Shown: piece by piece, positions 46,759 to 56,303 of the stretch
Layout: every line of letters starts with the position of its first letter
Numbering within the stretch: the stretch's first letter is position 1
DNA from: a virus
Taxonomy: Duplodnaviria; Caudoviricetes
Strand: one strand, 5' to 3'
Virus record (IMG/VR): IMGVR_UViG_3300047375_000738
Length of the DNA: 64,000 nt
Translations under genes and position numbers: made by a program
The notes under the pieces: generated by a model
The model's input: the letters and a program-made list of their open reading frames with translations, nothing else
Databases searched by the model: none
What the model was told of the DNA's origin: nothing

Positions 46759-47754
46759 TCAACCTTGACGTGAACGAATCATTGCAAGGATATCTTGTGC
46801 TCCACCTTCAGCTGGCGCTGGTGCTGCTTCTGCTGCAACTTCTTCATTAGACTTAAACGGAATATCATCATTACGTGTGTCTACTGCTGGAGCAGGAGCT
46901 GGAGCACTTTGACTAACAGCCGTTGCTTGTGGTGATGCTGGCTTTGACGGATCGCCTGTACGTGCTTGCATGCCTGCTGGGCGGAAATATTGACTCCAAC
47001 GATCTGGATCGTAGGCTTCGCCATCTACACTTGCTTCAAACATTTCTGCAAGAACTTTAACAGCCACTTCGTCTGGCTTTTTAGGAAGGAAGTCGTTGAG
47101 ATTAAACAGTCCGTGTGTATTAACTGCATTCATCTCACTGTCACTTAGTGGACGCTCTCTACGTGCCCAATTACTTGCGCCGTAATCTGCATATCCACCT
47201 TTGGAACCTTTTGCAAGACGGAAGTCTACACCAGCAGTATAATCTGTTGGTAATTCTTCCATATCTGGATCCATAAGAGCTGCCTTAATTAACTGAAAGA
47301 TTTGTGGACCAATAATAAAACGTCTAACAGGATTTTCTGGTGTAGAGTCCTCTGCTAGTGGATTATCTGTAACAAATCCTTGGAAGATATATGAACGTTT
47401 CTTCCAATATTTACGACCCATATCTTCTAATGCTGGATCTTTAAACCAACCACGTACTTCCTGTAGAATGCCACAGGATTCGCCGTACATTTCCATGCAT
47501 GGAACTTGTACTTGTACTGGGCGTGAACTTGTGTCGCCCTTAATACCGCTAAATGGAAGTTTAATCATCAAACGTTCTTTCCAGAAGAAAGTGTTTGAAT
47601 CGTCCCCATCAGGTAAGAAGCGAAGAGTAGTTTGTTCGCCTTCTTTCATATTCCAAAATGGGTAAATTGCGTTGTCGCCACCGCCTGTGCGTTGACCGCC
47701 TGCGCCGGCTTCTTGTTCTTTAAGTTTTGCTCTAATTTCTGCTAATGATGCCAT
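46759..47754 (-). CDS. ssDNA-binding protein (gp32-like)
   Basis: LRFLP..FFWKER..PCMEM..C..KYWKKRSY; low-complexity tail ending DILAMIRSRQ. Confidence 0.85.
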   Translation of the reverse strand: MASLAEIRAKLKEQEAGAGGQRTGGGDNAIYPFWNMKEGEQTTLRFLPDGDDSNTFFWKERLMIKLPFSGIKGDTSSRPVQVQVPCMEMYGESCGILQEVRGWFKDPALEDMGRKYWKKRSYIFQGFVTDNPLAEDSTPENPVRRFIIGPQIFQLIKAALMDPDMEELPTDYTAGVDFRLAKGSKGGYADYGASNWARRERPLSDSEMNAVNTHGLFNLNDFLPKKPDEVAVKVLAEMFEASVDGEAYDPDRWSQYFRPAGMQARTGDPSKPASPQATAVSQSAPAPAPAVDTRNDDIPFKSNEEVAAEAAPAPAEGGAQDILAMIRSRQG

Positions 47755-47821
47755 AGTTATGCCTCCTATAATGTTGCCTATGTCTTGTGTTGTTGTATGC
47801 CTTAATGTGCAGTACTATTAC

Positions 47822-47850
47822 ATACTACACTGTTTTATTTACCTTGTCAA
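47822..47850 (-). promoter_or_regulatory. gp32 promoter
   Basis: TTGACA-17-TAGTAT; TAAATA inside spacer. Confidence 0.7.
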
Positions 47851-47857
47851 GTCTTTT

Positions 47858-48601
47858 CTAGTCTATTTCTTTAAAATCAAATGTGTTTCCAGTATGCAAC
47901 CAATTTTCTATTTTTGTAAGTAAATTTTTATGTGCGTGTTTAGGAAGATGATTGTTACGCGGATCATTGCCGAAACCGTACGTTGGTGGAAAAACGTTAT
48001 ATACTGTATCTTTAGAGCAATAAAAATTTTTAGTATTTTCAATAGAGAGCCTGAAACCCTTGCGAAATTCCAAATCAACTGGGCATCCTGCAGAAACTAC
48101 ATACATTTTTTTAAAATATTTGCTCATTTCTTTAAGGATTGTAATAATTTTTAACATTTCGGTTTGAGTATATGTACTGTGTAAAACATATTCATGTAAA
48201 AACAAATCAAGAAATGAACAACGTTCACCGAATGATTCGCCTACAAGATTTAGCATTTCTTCTCTTGTTTCTAGATCCCAGTTGTTATTAAGATGAACAG
48301 CATAAACTTCTGAGTAAGACTGGTGTCTTGGGGTTTGATTATTTATAAATTTTAAATTAAATCTGTATATACTAGGTATAACAAAAAATACACTAATATT
48401 TTTAAGTTTTTCTTTTTTTGATTTTTTAACTGCGTCTATAAATCTTTGCAGTTGGTAATCTGGGCCTGAACCGGCTACCGAGTAATTTATTACTTTTATT
48501 GTTTTCTTAATAGCTACAGGCCATGCTACATAGGTTAAGTCATTTCTATATGTAGGATCGCAATGACTATCTCCAAATATCCACAACTTTTCTTTTTTCA
48601 T
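47858..48601 (-). CDS. SGNH-like protein
   Basis: FGDSH, NYSVAGSG, NNHL. Confidence 0.6.
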   Translation of the reverse strand: MKKEKLWIFGDSHCDPTYRNDLTYVAWPVAIKKTIKVINYSVAGSGPDYQLQRFIDAVKKSKKEKLKNISVFFVIPSIYRFNLKFINNQTPRHQSYSEVYAVHLNNNWDLETREEMLNLVGESFGERCSFLDLFLHEYVLHSTYTQTEMLKIITILKEMSKYFKKMYVVSAGCPVDLEFRKGFRLSIENTKNFYCSKDTVYNVFPPTYGFGNDPRNNHLPKHAHKNLLTKIENWLHTGNTFDFKEID

Positions 48602-48607
48602 TAGTGA

Positions 48608-50365
48608 TTATTTTAAACCTGCTAAATTCTTAATTCTGTTTATTGCTGCTTCTTTTCGATTTTTAATTGATCTTTCATCTCTAGACTTTTGAAGTTCTGC
48701 TTGACGATCGTCTCTACCTTTTTGAATAGCATTCAAACGATCGGTTCTATCTTTTCGAATAGTTGCTAAACGAGCATCTCTATATTCGCCTTCGCCTTGC
48801 TGTTTAGCCACTTCTGTTTCTGGATATCTGCTATACTCTGCTTTTTGTGCGTTACGCTCTGCAACCATAGCTTCTACTTTTTCAATAAATTGAGCAGCTG
48901 GTTCTACATATTGAGGACCATAATCTTTTTCTACCATAGTAAGTACTGCTGTTTCGCCTTTAGGAAAAGTTCCGTTTTCTCTATCAAAATAAGATAGAAT
49001 AAACTCTCCAATTGGTGTCTTTTGCTCTTCTTCTGGTTCTGGTGTGCCTGCTTTTGCTAGTTGCCCTTTTTGGTTAATTTTGACATCCATTGTATCGTCT
49101 GCTTCAGCATGACAATCTTCTTCGCAATCGCATCCTGATTTAGGATTGCCTACTTCGCAACCACAATGCTTACAAGTATCTGTACTTTCAGCAAACTGTC
49201 CCATTAGTTTATCAATTGCTTTTTCAATAAGAGAATCAATACTGCTTACTGTTGTTTCGTTTGTTGCCTTGTTCTTTTCGTGACAGTCGCAATGCTTGCA
49301 ATCTGGTCCACATGCACATTCTGTTACAGGTTTGCCGCAACATGCATCTGGGCACATTTCAACTGCTTCTGCGACTAAATCTTCTGGACCTAATTCTGTT
49401 GGTTTTACAGCTTCGCCTACTAAGTTATAAATGTATGGAAATACATCTTTTAATTCTTCATTGAACTGTTTAATAGTTAATTGATCTACCCAGCTATCAG
49501 CAATATCAGTTGGTACATCTTCAATTACTGGTACTACAAAGTTTTCAGCAGCTTCTTTGTAATATGCAGGTTTTTGTAAATTTGCAATTGTTTGTTTTAC
49601 TTCTTTAATACGGCCTTTAACAACATCGCCATAACCTTCGAGTGTTTCTGCCATTACAGTACTACGTCCAACATATTGATTGAACTTGCGTAGTTTTGAC
49701 ATCTCTTCTGACAAGCCGGAAATATACTTGCCAAAATCGTCATACGCATGACCGCCTTCACTAACATGCAATGCCATAGCTCTTGCACCACTTAGATGCT
49801 TGTATGGGTATTTAAATTTTTCACCACTTGGCGATTCAATAAAAATACTACCAATCTTTGTTCTTCTACTTGATGCACTTTCTACATTAATTGGAGCCGA
49901 ATGCTTAATTGCTATTCTTGCACTTCCAATTTTTTGGTAACTAATTCTATTGCTACCATACATTGCTGATTCTGCCATATTATCTCCGGTACGATTTACT
50001 GCTAAAAATTCGTAATCTCTTTTATCTAAGTTTGTTTTATTGATATCTCTAACATCAAACTTTAACATGCGTTTTTTTGCAAACACCCTAAGCTCTTTTA
50101 AAAAGTTATACCAATCGTCTTGAATTGATTCTACTTGTCCATTTACAAAGTCTTTTGCAACAATTACAGTAACACCATTTTCTTCATCAAGAGATACACT
50201 TACTTTTCCTAGTTCCATGCCTTTTGTTTTGTAGGCAAATTCAAAAAAGCGAGCTTCTTCGGGTACATTTGTTACAGTACCGTTTTCGTTACCAATTTCT
50301 ACGTCGGTAAAACGTCCACGTATCTTATTAAACATATCTGATGCAAAATTATTAAACTTATTCAT
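48608..50365 (-). CDS. Large hypothetical (probably virion) protein with Cys-rich inserts
   Basis: TAAATA-N5-ATG; late-gene context. Confidence 0.65.
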   Translation of the reverse strand: MNKFNNFASDMFNKIRGRFTDVEIGNENGTVTNVPEEARFFEFAYKTKGMELGKVSVSLDEENGVTVIVAKDFVNGQVESIQDDWYNFLKELRVFAKKRMLKFDVRDINKTNLDKRDYEFLAVNRTGDNMAESAMYGSNRISYQKIGSARIAIKHSAPINVESASSRRTKIGSIFIESPSGEKFKYPYKHLSGARAMALHVSEGGHAYDDFGKYISGLSEEMSKLRKFNQYVGRSTVMAETLEGYGDVVKGRIKEVKQTIANLQKPAYYKEAAENFVVPVIEDVPTDIADSWVDQLTIKQFNEELKDVFPYIYNLVGEAVKPTELGPEDLVAEAVEMCPDACCGKPVTECACGPDCKHCDCHEKNKATNETTVSSIDSLIEKAIDKLMGQFAESTDTCKHCGCEVGNPKSGCDCEEDCHAEADDTMDVKINQKGQLAKAGTPEPEEEQKTPIGEFILSYFDRENGTFPKGETAVLTMVEKDYGPQYVEPAAQFIEKVEAMVAERNAQKAEYSRYPETEVAKQQGEGEYRDARLATIRKDRTDRLNAIQKGRDDRQAELQKSRDERSIKNRKEAAINRIKNLAGLK

Positions 50366-50376
50366 ACTTATATTTA

Positions 50377-51963
50377 TCAATAACTGCCACTAACAAAGAT
50401 AGGCATGGGCATTTCGTAGTCTTCTTCTGCGCCCGATTCCATCTGTGTAAATGAATTATAGATATTAATATCCCAATCTTTCATTACTGTAATCATTCTA
50501 AGTACGAGCAACATTGAACTAATTAAGTCATCAGTACCGCCTGGCTTTGCCTGATAACTACTGCCTGTTGCAACAAATGCTTTTAGTTCACTTATAAAAG
50601 GTTTACTATGAATAATTAATTTTTTATTTTCAACCATTGTCTTTAATCTACTACATGCAGTTACTTTTGCACTATGTGTAGTATTAAAGCCTTTTCTAAA
50701 TTTACGTACATGGCCTTTACGCATTGGCTCACTAATAAACATACCAGGTATATTTTCTTCGCCGTGATCGTTGATTACAATTAGGCATGCTTCGCCAATA
50801 CCATTATTTTCAACACTCCAATATATACCGTTATCATCGCCACGTTCTTTTGCTATGTAATCGCATATGTCTTTTAGTACTCGTATCTGTCCTGGAATAC
50901 TAGTTGTGTTATGTTGCCATTCAGCAACTTGTATGTATGTAGGAAGTTCGACTACCTGTATTGCACTATAGTCTCCACCTGTACCCATACTAGGATCAAG
51001 TGCTATTGCGTAATTCTTATCAGGTGAAATTTTTGTATAAAAACGAGTTTGTCCCATTTGTAAGGAAGGTGCAACACCTTCCATTTCAGTTAGGTGTAAT
51101 GAATTGATTAGTGTTTCGTCAAAGACTAAGAATTCACATCCGTATTCACGTCTAAAACGTTCTTCACCAATACGTCCAATTTCTTCATCTTTCCATGCTT
51201 CGTCTCTATCAGGATGTTCGCTCCAATGTGCAATAAAACTATGAAAGCCATTTGTGCCAACTTCTTGTTCATTGCCATGTACATCAAACTTTTCTTCTGC
51301 TTGTTTCCATATCATAGCAAACGTATCTTCGTCACTATTCGGAGTGCTAGTAATAATAGCTCTACCACCAGTTGCTAGTGTTGGCGAAATTGAAGTCCAA
51401 AATTCTTCAGCAATGTTTGGAGGCACAAATGCAAACTCGTCACAGTATAATAATGAAATACTCAAACCACGTCCTGTGTTACCAGTTGTTGTTTGACTAA
51501 TAATACGTGAACCATTTTCAAACTCAATACTACCTTTGTTGTAACTTGTAACACCTGCTCTAATATGATTAGGACAAAGTTCATATACGTAACGTATACG
51601 TTGCATAATTTCTTGAGCACCTGTGTATTTGTGTGCTGCAATAAGAATAGTTTGATCTGGATTAAACATTGCATACCACGCTAGGTATATACTAGCACAC
51701 GTAGTTTTGCCTGTTTGTCTAGGCATCATGTTAATATTAAAACGGTAGCTGTGATAACTGTGCAGTAAGCCTAACTGATATTCAAACGGATCAAACAAGA
51801 GTTTGCCTTTTACAGGATGTTGAATATGTGCAAATTTACGTGCAAAATGCAAGTATCCAGTATCAGGATCCATGCATGCCATCAAGTCTTCGACTTGGTC
51901 GTTTGTATATGTTTCTTGTTTATTGGCTTTTTTAATTAAAACGCCATCTAGTGAAGTTGCCAT
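50377..51963 (-). CDS. Terminase large subunit (gp17-like)
   Basis: PRQTGKTT, LLYCDEFAF, ITSTPN, ALDPSMGTGGDYS, TDDL; no intein. Confidence 0.95.
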   Translation of the reverse strand: MATSLDGVLIKKANKQETYTNDQVEDLMACMDPDTGYLHFARKFAHIQHPVKGKLLFDPFEYQLGLLHSYHSYRFNINMMPRQTGKTTCASIYLAWYAMFNPDQTILIAAHKYTGAQEIMQRIRYVYELCPNHIRAGVTSYNKGSIEFENGSRIISQTTTGNTGRGLSISLLYCDEFAFVPPNIAEEFWTSISPTLATGGRAIITSTPNSDEDTFAMIWKQAEEKFDVHGNEQEVGTNGFHSFIAHWSEHPDRDEAWKDEEIGRIGEERFRREYGCEFLVFDETLINSLHLTEMEGVAPSLQMGQTRFYTKISPDKNYAIALDPSMGTGGDYSAIQVVELPTYIQVAEWQHNTTSIPGQIRVLKDICDYIAKERGDDNGIYWSVENNGIGEACLIVINDHGEENIPGMFISEPMRKGHVRKFRKGFNTTHSAKVTACSRLKTMVENKKLIIHSKPFISELKAFVATGSSYQAKPGGTDDLISSMLLVLRMITVMKDWDINIYNSFTQMESGAEEDYEMPMPIFVSGSY

Positions 51964-51982
51964 GTTAATATTTAGTCAAGAA

Positions 51983-52004
51983 AATAGCGCCGTTTGGCGC
52001 TATT
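51983..52004 (-). terminator. Hairpin terminator
   Basis: AATAGCGCC/GGCGCTATT. Confidence 0.65.
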
Positions 52005-52018
52005 GACTTATTGTATTT

Positions 52019-52516
52019 TTATTTCTTTTTAAACTGTGGAGGCACTTCGCCTTTTTTAGGCTTGCTACCTTTTTTCTTACCTTCGTTATCGTCTTTGCCA
52101 GGCTTCTTGTCTGCCCAGTCTGGAACACCGTCGCCGTCAGCATCTGGCTTTTTCTTTTCGTTAAGTGCTGCCCATAAACGATCCTTAATACTTTCAACAT
52201 TCATTGGGTTATCGCCGCCTGCTGTTGCTGGATATGATTTCTTACTTTTGTGTAAATCGTCACCACTTGGAAGTACTGCGTCTACACCCATGTATTCCTC
52301 TTCTGGTTCGTTATCGTATTCTTCAACTTCTTCTTCTTGTGCTTCGCCTTGCTGTACTGATTGCAACGCTTGCAATAATTGTGCCATTTGGCCTGCATCG
52401 TTCATTTGAATATTGATTGATCCGCCTTGATCCATTTCACCCATTTCAGGTGGACATTCTGCAACTGGCTTATCAGCTGCATCCATTGCTCTTAATATAT
52501 CTGCCATGCTACTCAT
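52019..52516 (-). CDS. Low-complexity acidic/basic protein (possible internal head protein)
   Basis: E-rich then K-rich; DADGDGVPD motif. Confidence 0.55.
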   Translation of the reverse strand: MSSMADILRAMDAADKPVAECPPEMGEMDQGGSINIQMNDAGQMAQLLQALQSVQQGEAQEEEVEEYDNEPEEEYMGVDAVLPSGDDLHKSKKSYPATAGGDNPMNVESIKDRLWAALNEKKKPDADGDGVPDWADKKPGKDDNEGKKKGSKPKKGEVPPQFKKK

Positions 52517-52519
52517 TGT

Positions 52520-53068
52520 TTAACTCCCTATTGCGCTTTTATCATTAGTAGGCTCTTCTAGAGGCTGTTCCATTTTGTAGCCACTATCAGCATCGTCTCT
52601 TTCTTTACGTGCTGTTTCTAATTCTTTTAACAAGTTCATTACACGGTTACCGCCAGCATCTTCTTGTGCAGACTCACCTCCCATGTCTTCTTGTGTTAGT
52701 TTTGCTTCGTAAGGACCATCGTCCTTTTCTTCTTGATATAGCTCTTGTTGTTCTAACGGATTTCTAACAATAATATGACTTGCATCAATTCCGCAGCACT
52801 GTCCGATATACTCTTGTAGTGTATCGCCTGTTGTTGGATACTGTAGTTCTACTTCGTAATAATGAACATCAATATTTTCTAATTGTGGAAAATCTAACGG
52901 ACGTTTTTGAATTGGTGTTTTCTTACCTGCTGACATGCTTTTTATAGCATACTTTTGTAAGCAAGATTTTACACTTTCTTCACAACCGTCTGGAAGATCG
53001 CCTGCAATACCGATCTTGAAAGGATATACTTTGTGTGTTTCTAGTAAAATATTTTTAAATGTGTTCAT
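52520..53068 (-). CDS. Hypothetical late protein
   Basis: TAAATA upstream; YPFKIGIAG..QKRPLDFP. Confidence 0.65.
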   Translation of the reverse strand: MNTFKNILLETHKVYPFKIGIAGDLPDGCEESVKSCLQKYAIKSMSAGKKTPIQKRPLDFPQLENIDVHYYEVELQYPTTGDTLQEYIGQCCGIDASHIIVRNPLEQQELYQEEKDDGPYEAKLTQEDMGGESAQEDAGGNRVMNLLKELETARKERDDADSGYKMEQPLEEPTNDKSAIGS

Positions 53069-53089
53069 CGTTGTTTTCCTGGCTATATG

Positions 53090-53581
53090 TTATTTATCGT
53101 CTTTCATACCTTTTAACTTCTCTAAAAGGCTATTACGATCAGTAACAACATATCCGTCTCCTTCTGACATTCCTGCTGGAGAAGAAAATGTATCAGCATC
53201 TGCTTTTTGCTTCTTTAACTGCAATTCGATCATCTTTAATTTTTTGTCCATCTTTGCAACTTTTGCATCAAGGTTAGTTTTTAACATTGTACCTGCAACT
53301 TCAAAAACTCTACCACTATAGCGTGATTCTACATTCATGCCAAGGTCCATTAAATCGTCGTATGCTTGCATTGCTTTGTCAGCTACTTCATTTAATTCTG
53401 CATCTGCTGCATCGCCCAATCCTTTTACACTAGGTAATGCGGCTGCAATTTTATCTAAGTCTTCAATGTCTCTAAACGATGCTTCTTGTGCTGCAACAGC
53501 TTGGGACTTTTTATCCTCAGCTTCTTGAATGAATTCTTTTGCATCTGGTAAGTTTAGTAAATCTTCTAATTTTTTAGTCAT
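53090..53581 (-). CDS. Probable terminase small subunit (gp16-like)
   Basis: Helical protein with RVFEVAGTMLK; near the large terminase. Confidence 0.55.
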   Translation of the reverse strand: MTKKLEDLLNLPDAKEFIQEAEDKKSQAVAAQEASFRDIEDLDKIAAALPSVKGLGDAADAELNEVADKAMQAYDDLMDLGMNVESRYSGRVFEVAGTMLKTNLDAKVAKMDKKLKMIELQLKKQKADADTFSSPAGMSEGDGYVVTDRNSLLEKLKGMKDDK

Positions 53582-53622
53582 GTTATTATCCGTAATATGC
53601 TAGTATTATTTATGCAATAATA

Positions 53623-54060
53623 TTAACCTCTGCGGCCTGTATGAAAAATATCGTTTTCTGTTACAATTCTAAATGTAATACCTTGTTGTTTACAGTACGC
53701 ATATGCTGCTGCCCATTTTGCTTGATTTAATACAACATGTGCTTGATCACGTTTATTACGTTTTGCTTCTTTCATACTTGTTTGACTAAAAGGTTTAACC
53801 TCGATTAATTCTACATGTTTTTTACCTTTTGCATCAGTGTACACCATAAAAAAGTCTGGTACATATATTGTTTGTTTTCCTGTGAATGGATTTCTGTAAG
53901 GTATTTTTACAGCTTCGCTTGCCCATTTTTCTACACTAGGATGTTCATCACAGAAGCGCATAAAAGCAAACTCCCAACTACTACGATAAGTCGGTTGTCT
54001 ATTTGCCATATATTTTTCTGGATTTTTTAGCGTATATTTGCCTTGTGCATACTTGGCCAT
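53623..54060 (-). CDS. Head completion nuclease (gp4, TnsA-like)
   Basis: YRSSWE..WASE..IPY..YVPDF..IEVKP..NQAKW. Confidence 0.88.
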   Translation of the reverse strand: MAKYAQGKYTLKNPEKYMANRQPTYRSSWEFAFMRFCDEHPSVEKWASEAVKIPYRNPFTGKQTIYVPDFFMVYTDAKGKKHVELIEVKPFSQTSMKEAKRNKRDQAHVVLNQAKWAAAYAYCKQQGITFRIVTENDIFHTGRRG

Positions 54061-54437
54061 TATACCATGATATTTCTACTTACTAAGTTATCAGTGTTTT
54101 CTGCTTCAATTGCCTTATATCCTAATTTGCTTATATTACTTCTATTAGCATTTAAGATAGCAACTATTAAACTTGTTAACTTAACTTTGTCATATCCCTT
54201 TAATTGTTCAAGTAATTCCATTACGTTTGCATTGTCAACTTTTGCTTGCGTTAGTAGCACACTAGCTACACTAGTTGAAGCTAGTGTATCAAAACCTCTG
54301 TTTTCAAAAAATCCAACTACTGCATCAACTTGATTGCTTGGAAAACTTAAACTTTCTTTTTTTGTATTGAGAAATTTTTCTTTTGATAATGATATTGAAT
54401 CTTGTAAATTTATGTCTGTGGTTGAAAAGTCACTCAT
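54060..54437 (-). CDS. Hypothetical protein
   Basis: Coupled in late operon. Confidence 0.6.
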   Translation of the reverse strand: MSDFSTTDINLQDSISLSKEKFLNTKKESLSFPSNQVDAVVGFFENRGFDTLASTSVASVLLTQAKVDNANVMELLEQLKGYDKVKLTSLIVAILNANRSNISKLGYKAIEAENTDNLVSRNIMV

Positions 54438-55520
54438 TTAAAATTCCTTTGGATTTGCATTAGTTACATTTTTATTTCCATTTGACGGAAATTGATTATT
54501 ACCAATTGCATCAACTATGATATCTTCTCCAGCGCCTATCAATTCACTAGCTAAATTATTAAACGATAAATTCTTTGCATTTCTAAAAGTATTTGCGCCA
54601 GTAATTAATGCACCTAGCACATTACCATTTTGTAAGTTTTGCACAGTAGCACTTGTTCCGGCTAATACACCACCGGTGCCAAAAAAGCTACTAGCTCCGC
54701 CACCTGCTATACTGTTAGGACTCGGAGCAGTATCGTAGCGCCCTTCTCCAAATGTGTTAGGTGTAACGCCAACTTTTGTAAAGTTACGATCCATAATAAC
54801 TGATTCGTAACTAAAACGCATTCTATTTTCGCTAAAGCTAGTAGCAGACCTTTCTACACTGTTGTGATCCCAGCTATCAATCAAAGGATTAATATAGGTA
54901 AAACTTGTGTTTGTAGGTTTGCCATCTTGCGGATGCAATTGAAATACTTGTATACTTGTAAAAAAGTTTGCAGTTTTGCCTGGTCTGTCTAATCCAAACC
55001 TATTATTAAATACTGCTCCTGTGCCGTATCCTGTATTTTTGTTGCCTTCACGATCGTAAGCTGGGTCTTTGATATTAGGTGCTGTGCCATTGCTTGACAC
55101 ATGCGATGCATCACTATAATAATAGTTAAAATAACTTTGCCATAAAAAGTTACTAATGCCTGCGTTATCGTCAATCCACGTCATATTTGCAGGTTGATAA
55201 TCAACACTAGTTTGTGTAACTTTTTTTCTATTATATTGATTTATAGTAGCAGTATTAACATTATAGGACGGTAAATCAACTGCGGAACACAATAAATTTA
55301 TTTCACGTTTTATAAGATTATTAAATGCACCAAAATTAACTAAATCAATTTCTGGATTAACATTAAGCACAACATGATAAAGATGGTCAAATTTTGGAGC
55401 AAGTCTAAAATTTCCATCTACAAAGGTTTTTGAAGCGTGTTGGTAGTCGCCAAGATTGCCTTTCGGGCTAAGTGCGCCGCTAAACAAATTATCAAAGAAA
55501 CCATTAAAAGGATTAGCCAT
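54438..55520 (-). CDS. Tail-tube-fold baseplate junction protein (gp48/gp54-like)
   Basis: VDLPSY..QYNRKK..Y.P..TW.DD; next to tail tube. Confidence 0.55.
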   Translation of the reverse strand: MANPFNGFFDNLFSGALSPKGNLGDYQHASKTFVDGNFRLAPKFDHLYHVVLNVNPEIDLVNFGAFNNLIKREINLLCSAVDLPSYNVNTATINQYNRKKVTQTSVDYQPANMTWIDDNAGISNFLWQSYFNYYYSDASHVSSNGTAPNIKDPAYDREGNKNTGYGTGAVFNNRFGLDRPGKTANFFTSIQVFQLHPQDGKPTNTSFTYINPLIDSWDHNSVERSATSFSENRMRFSYESVIMDRNFTKVGVTPNTFGEGRYDTAPSPNSIAGGGASSFFGTGGVLAGTSATVQNLQNGNVLGALITGANTFRNAKNLSFNNLASELIGAGEDIIVDAIGNNQFPSNGNKNVTNANPKEF

Positions 55521-55559
55521 ATTGTATTTATCCTATTCGTAAACTACGCATAAAATAAA

Positions 55560-55582
55560 AGGGAGTATAAAATATACTCCCT
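55560..55582 (-). terminator. Terminator after tail tube gene
   Basis: AGGGAGTATA/TATACTCCCT stem plus T-tract. Confidence 0.7.
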
Positions 55583-55612
55583 CTATTCTAATAGCAATCT
55601 GTGTTTTAAATA

Positions 55613-56236
55613 TTAACCGCCACCAGTTACGTTTGTTCCTAGTGTTCTGCCAACTGCTGTTCCTACACCAGTATTTTCTGGAGTTTGGATAGCATTGTCG
55701 TATTGCATACTTAGTGTAATATTTACTGGCTCATTGTTTGCGTATGCAAGTGAGTTGTAGTTTGCTTCTGTTATAAAGCAACCGTAACATTCCCAAGTTT
55801 CTAAAACATTTACACCTGTTGCGCCGTTGCCGCCGTCTAAGATTTCAATGCGTGTAACAAACTTATAGTCTTGTCCAGAGTTAGCACTTGCTTGCTCCAT
55901 AAAGTCGAATTGCTTCTGTAGTTGTTCACCTACTAATTTTTGTACGTTATTGTTAACATCTTCACGTAAGTTTAACGTAATTGGTGCCCATGTATGCTTA
56001 CCTGCAAGGTAAACTTTACTGTTATAAATTGGTATTTCCATTGGATCAAAAGAAACTGTTGGACGAGTGATGTCCATAACTTGTTTTGTAAGTTCTGTTG
56101 TCGGAGTCGAGACGCCGAAGTTTTCTAATGTTACACGGAAACGGTATTGCAGCTTCGGCATCAGCAAACCTTGACTGCTTGCGCTGTCGTTTGTTGCTAA
56201 CGGAACTGTTAATTTTGATAATGATGAGATTGCCAT
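55613..56236 (-). CDS. Tail tube protein (gp19-like)
   Basis: MPKLQYRFRV..RP..YLAGKHTW.PI; follows the sheath. Confidence 0.85.
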   Translation of the reverse strand: MAISSLSKLTVPLATNDSASSQGLLMPKLQYRFRVTLENFGVSTPTTELTKQVMDITRPTVSFDPMEIPIYNSKVYLAGKHTWAPITLNLREDVNNNVQKLVGEQLQKQFDFMEQASANSGQDYKFVTRIEILDGGNGATGVNVLETWECYGCFITEANYNSLAYANNEPVNITLSMQYDNAIQTPENTGVGTAVGRTLGTNVTGGG

Positions 56237-56268
56237 TTATTACTCCTATTCACAAGTATTTATCATTT

Positions 56269-56294
56269 GTAGGGGATTATTATTAACCCCCTAC
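56269..56294 (-). terminator. Hairpin between sheath and tube genes
   Basis: GTAGGGG/CCCCCTAC. Confidence 0.55.
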
Positions 56295-56303
56295 TTTATG
56301 ATA

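Noticed and set aside
19808-51963. Inteins or group I introns in helicase, UvsX, UvsW or terminase
   Set aside because: Lengths are typical, motifs are contiguous, and no splice-junction or LAGLIDADG signatures were seen.
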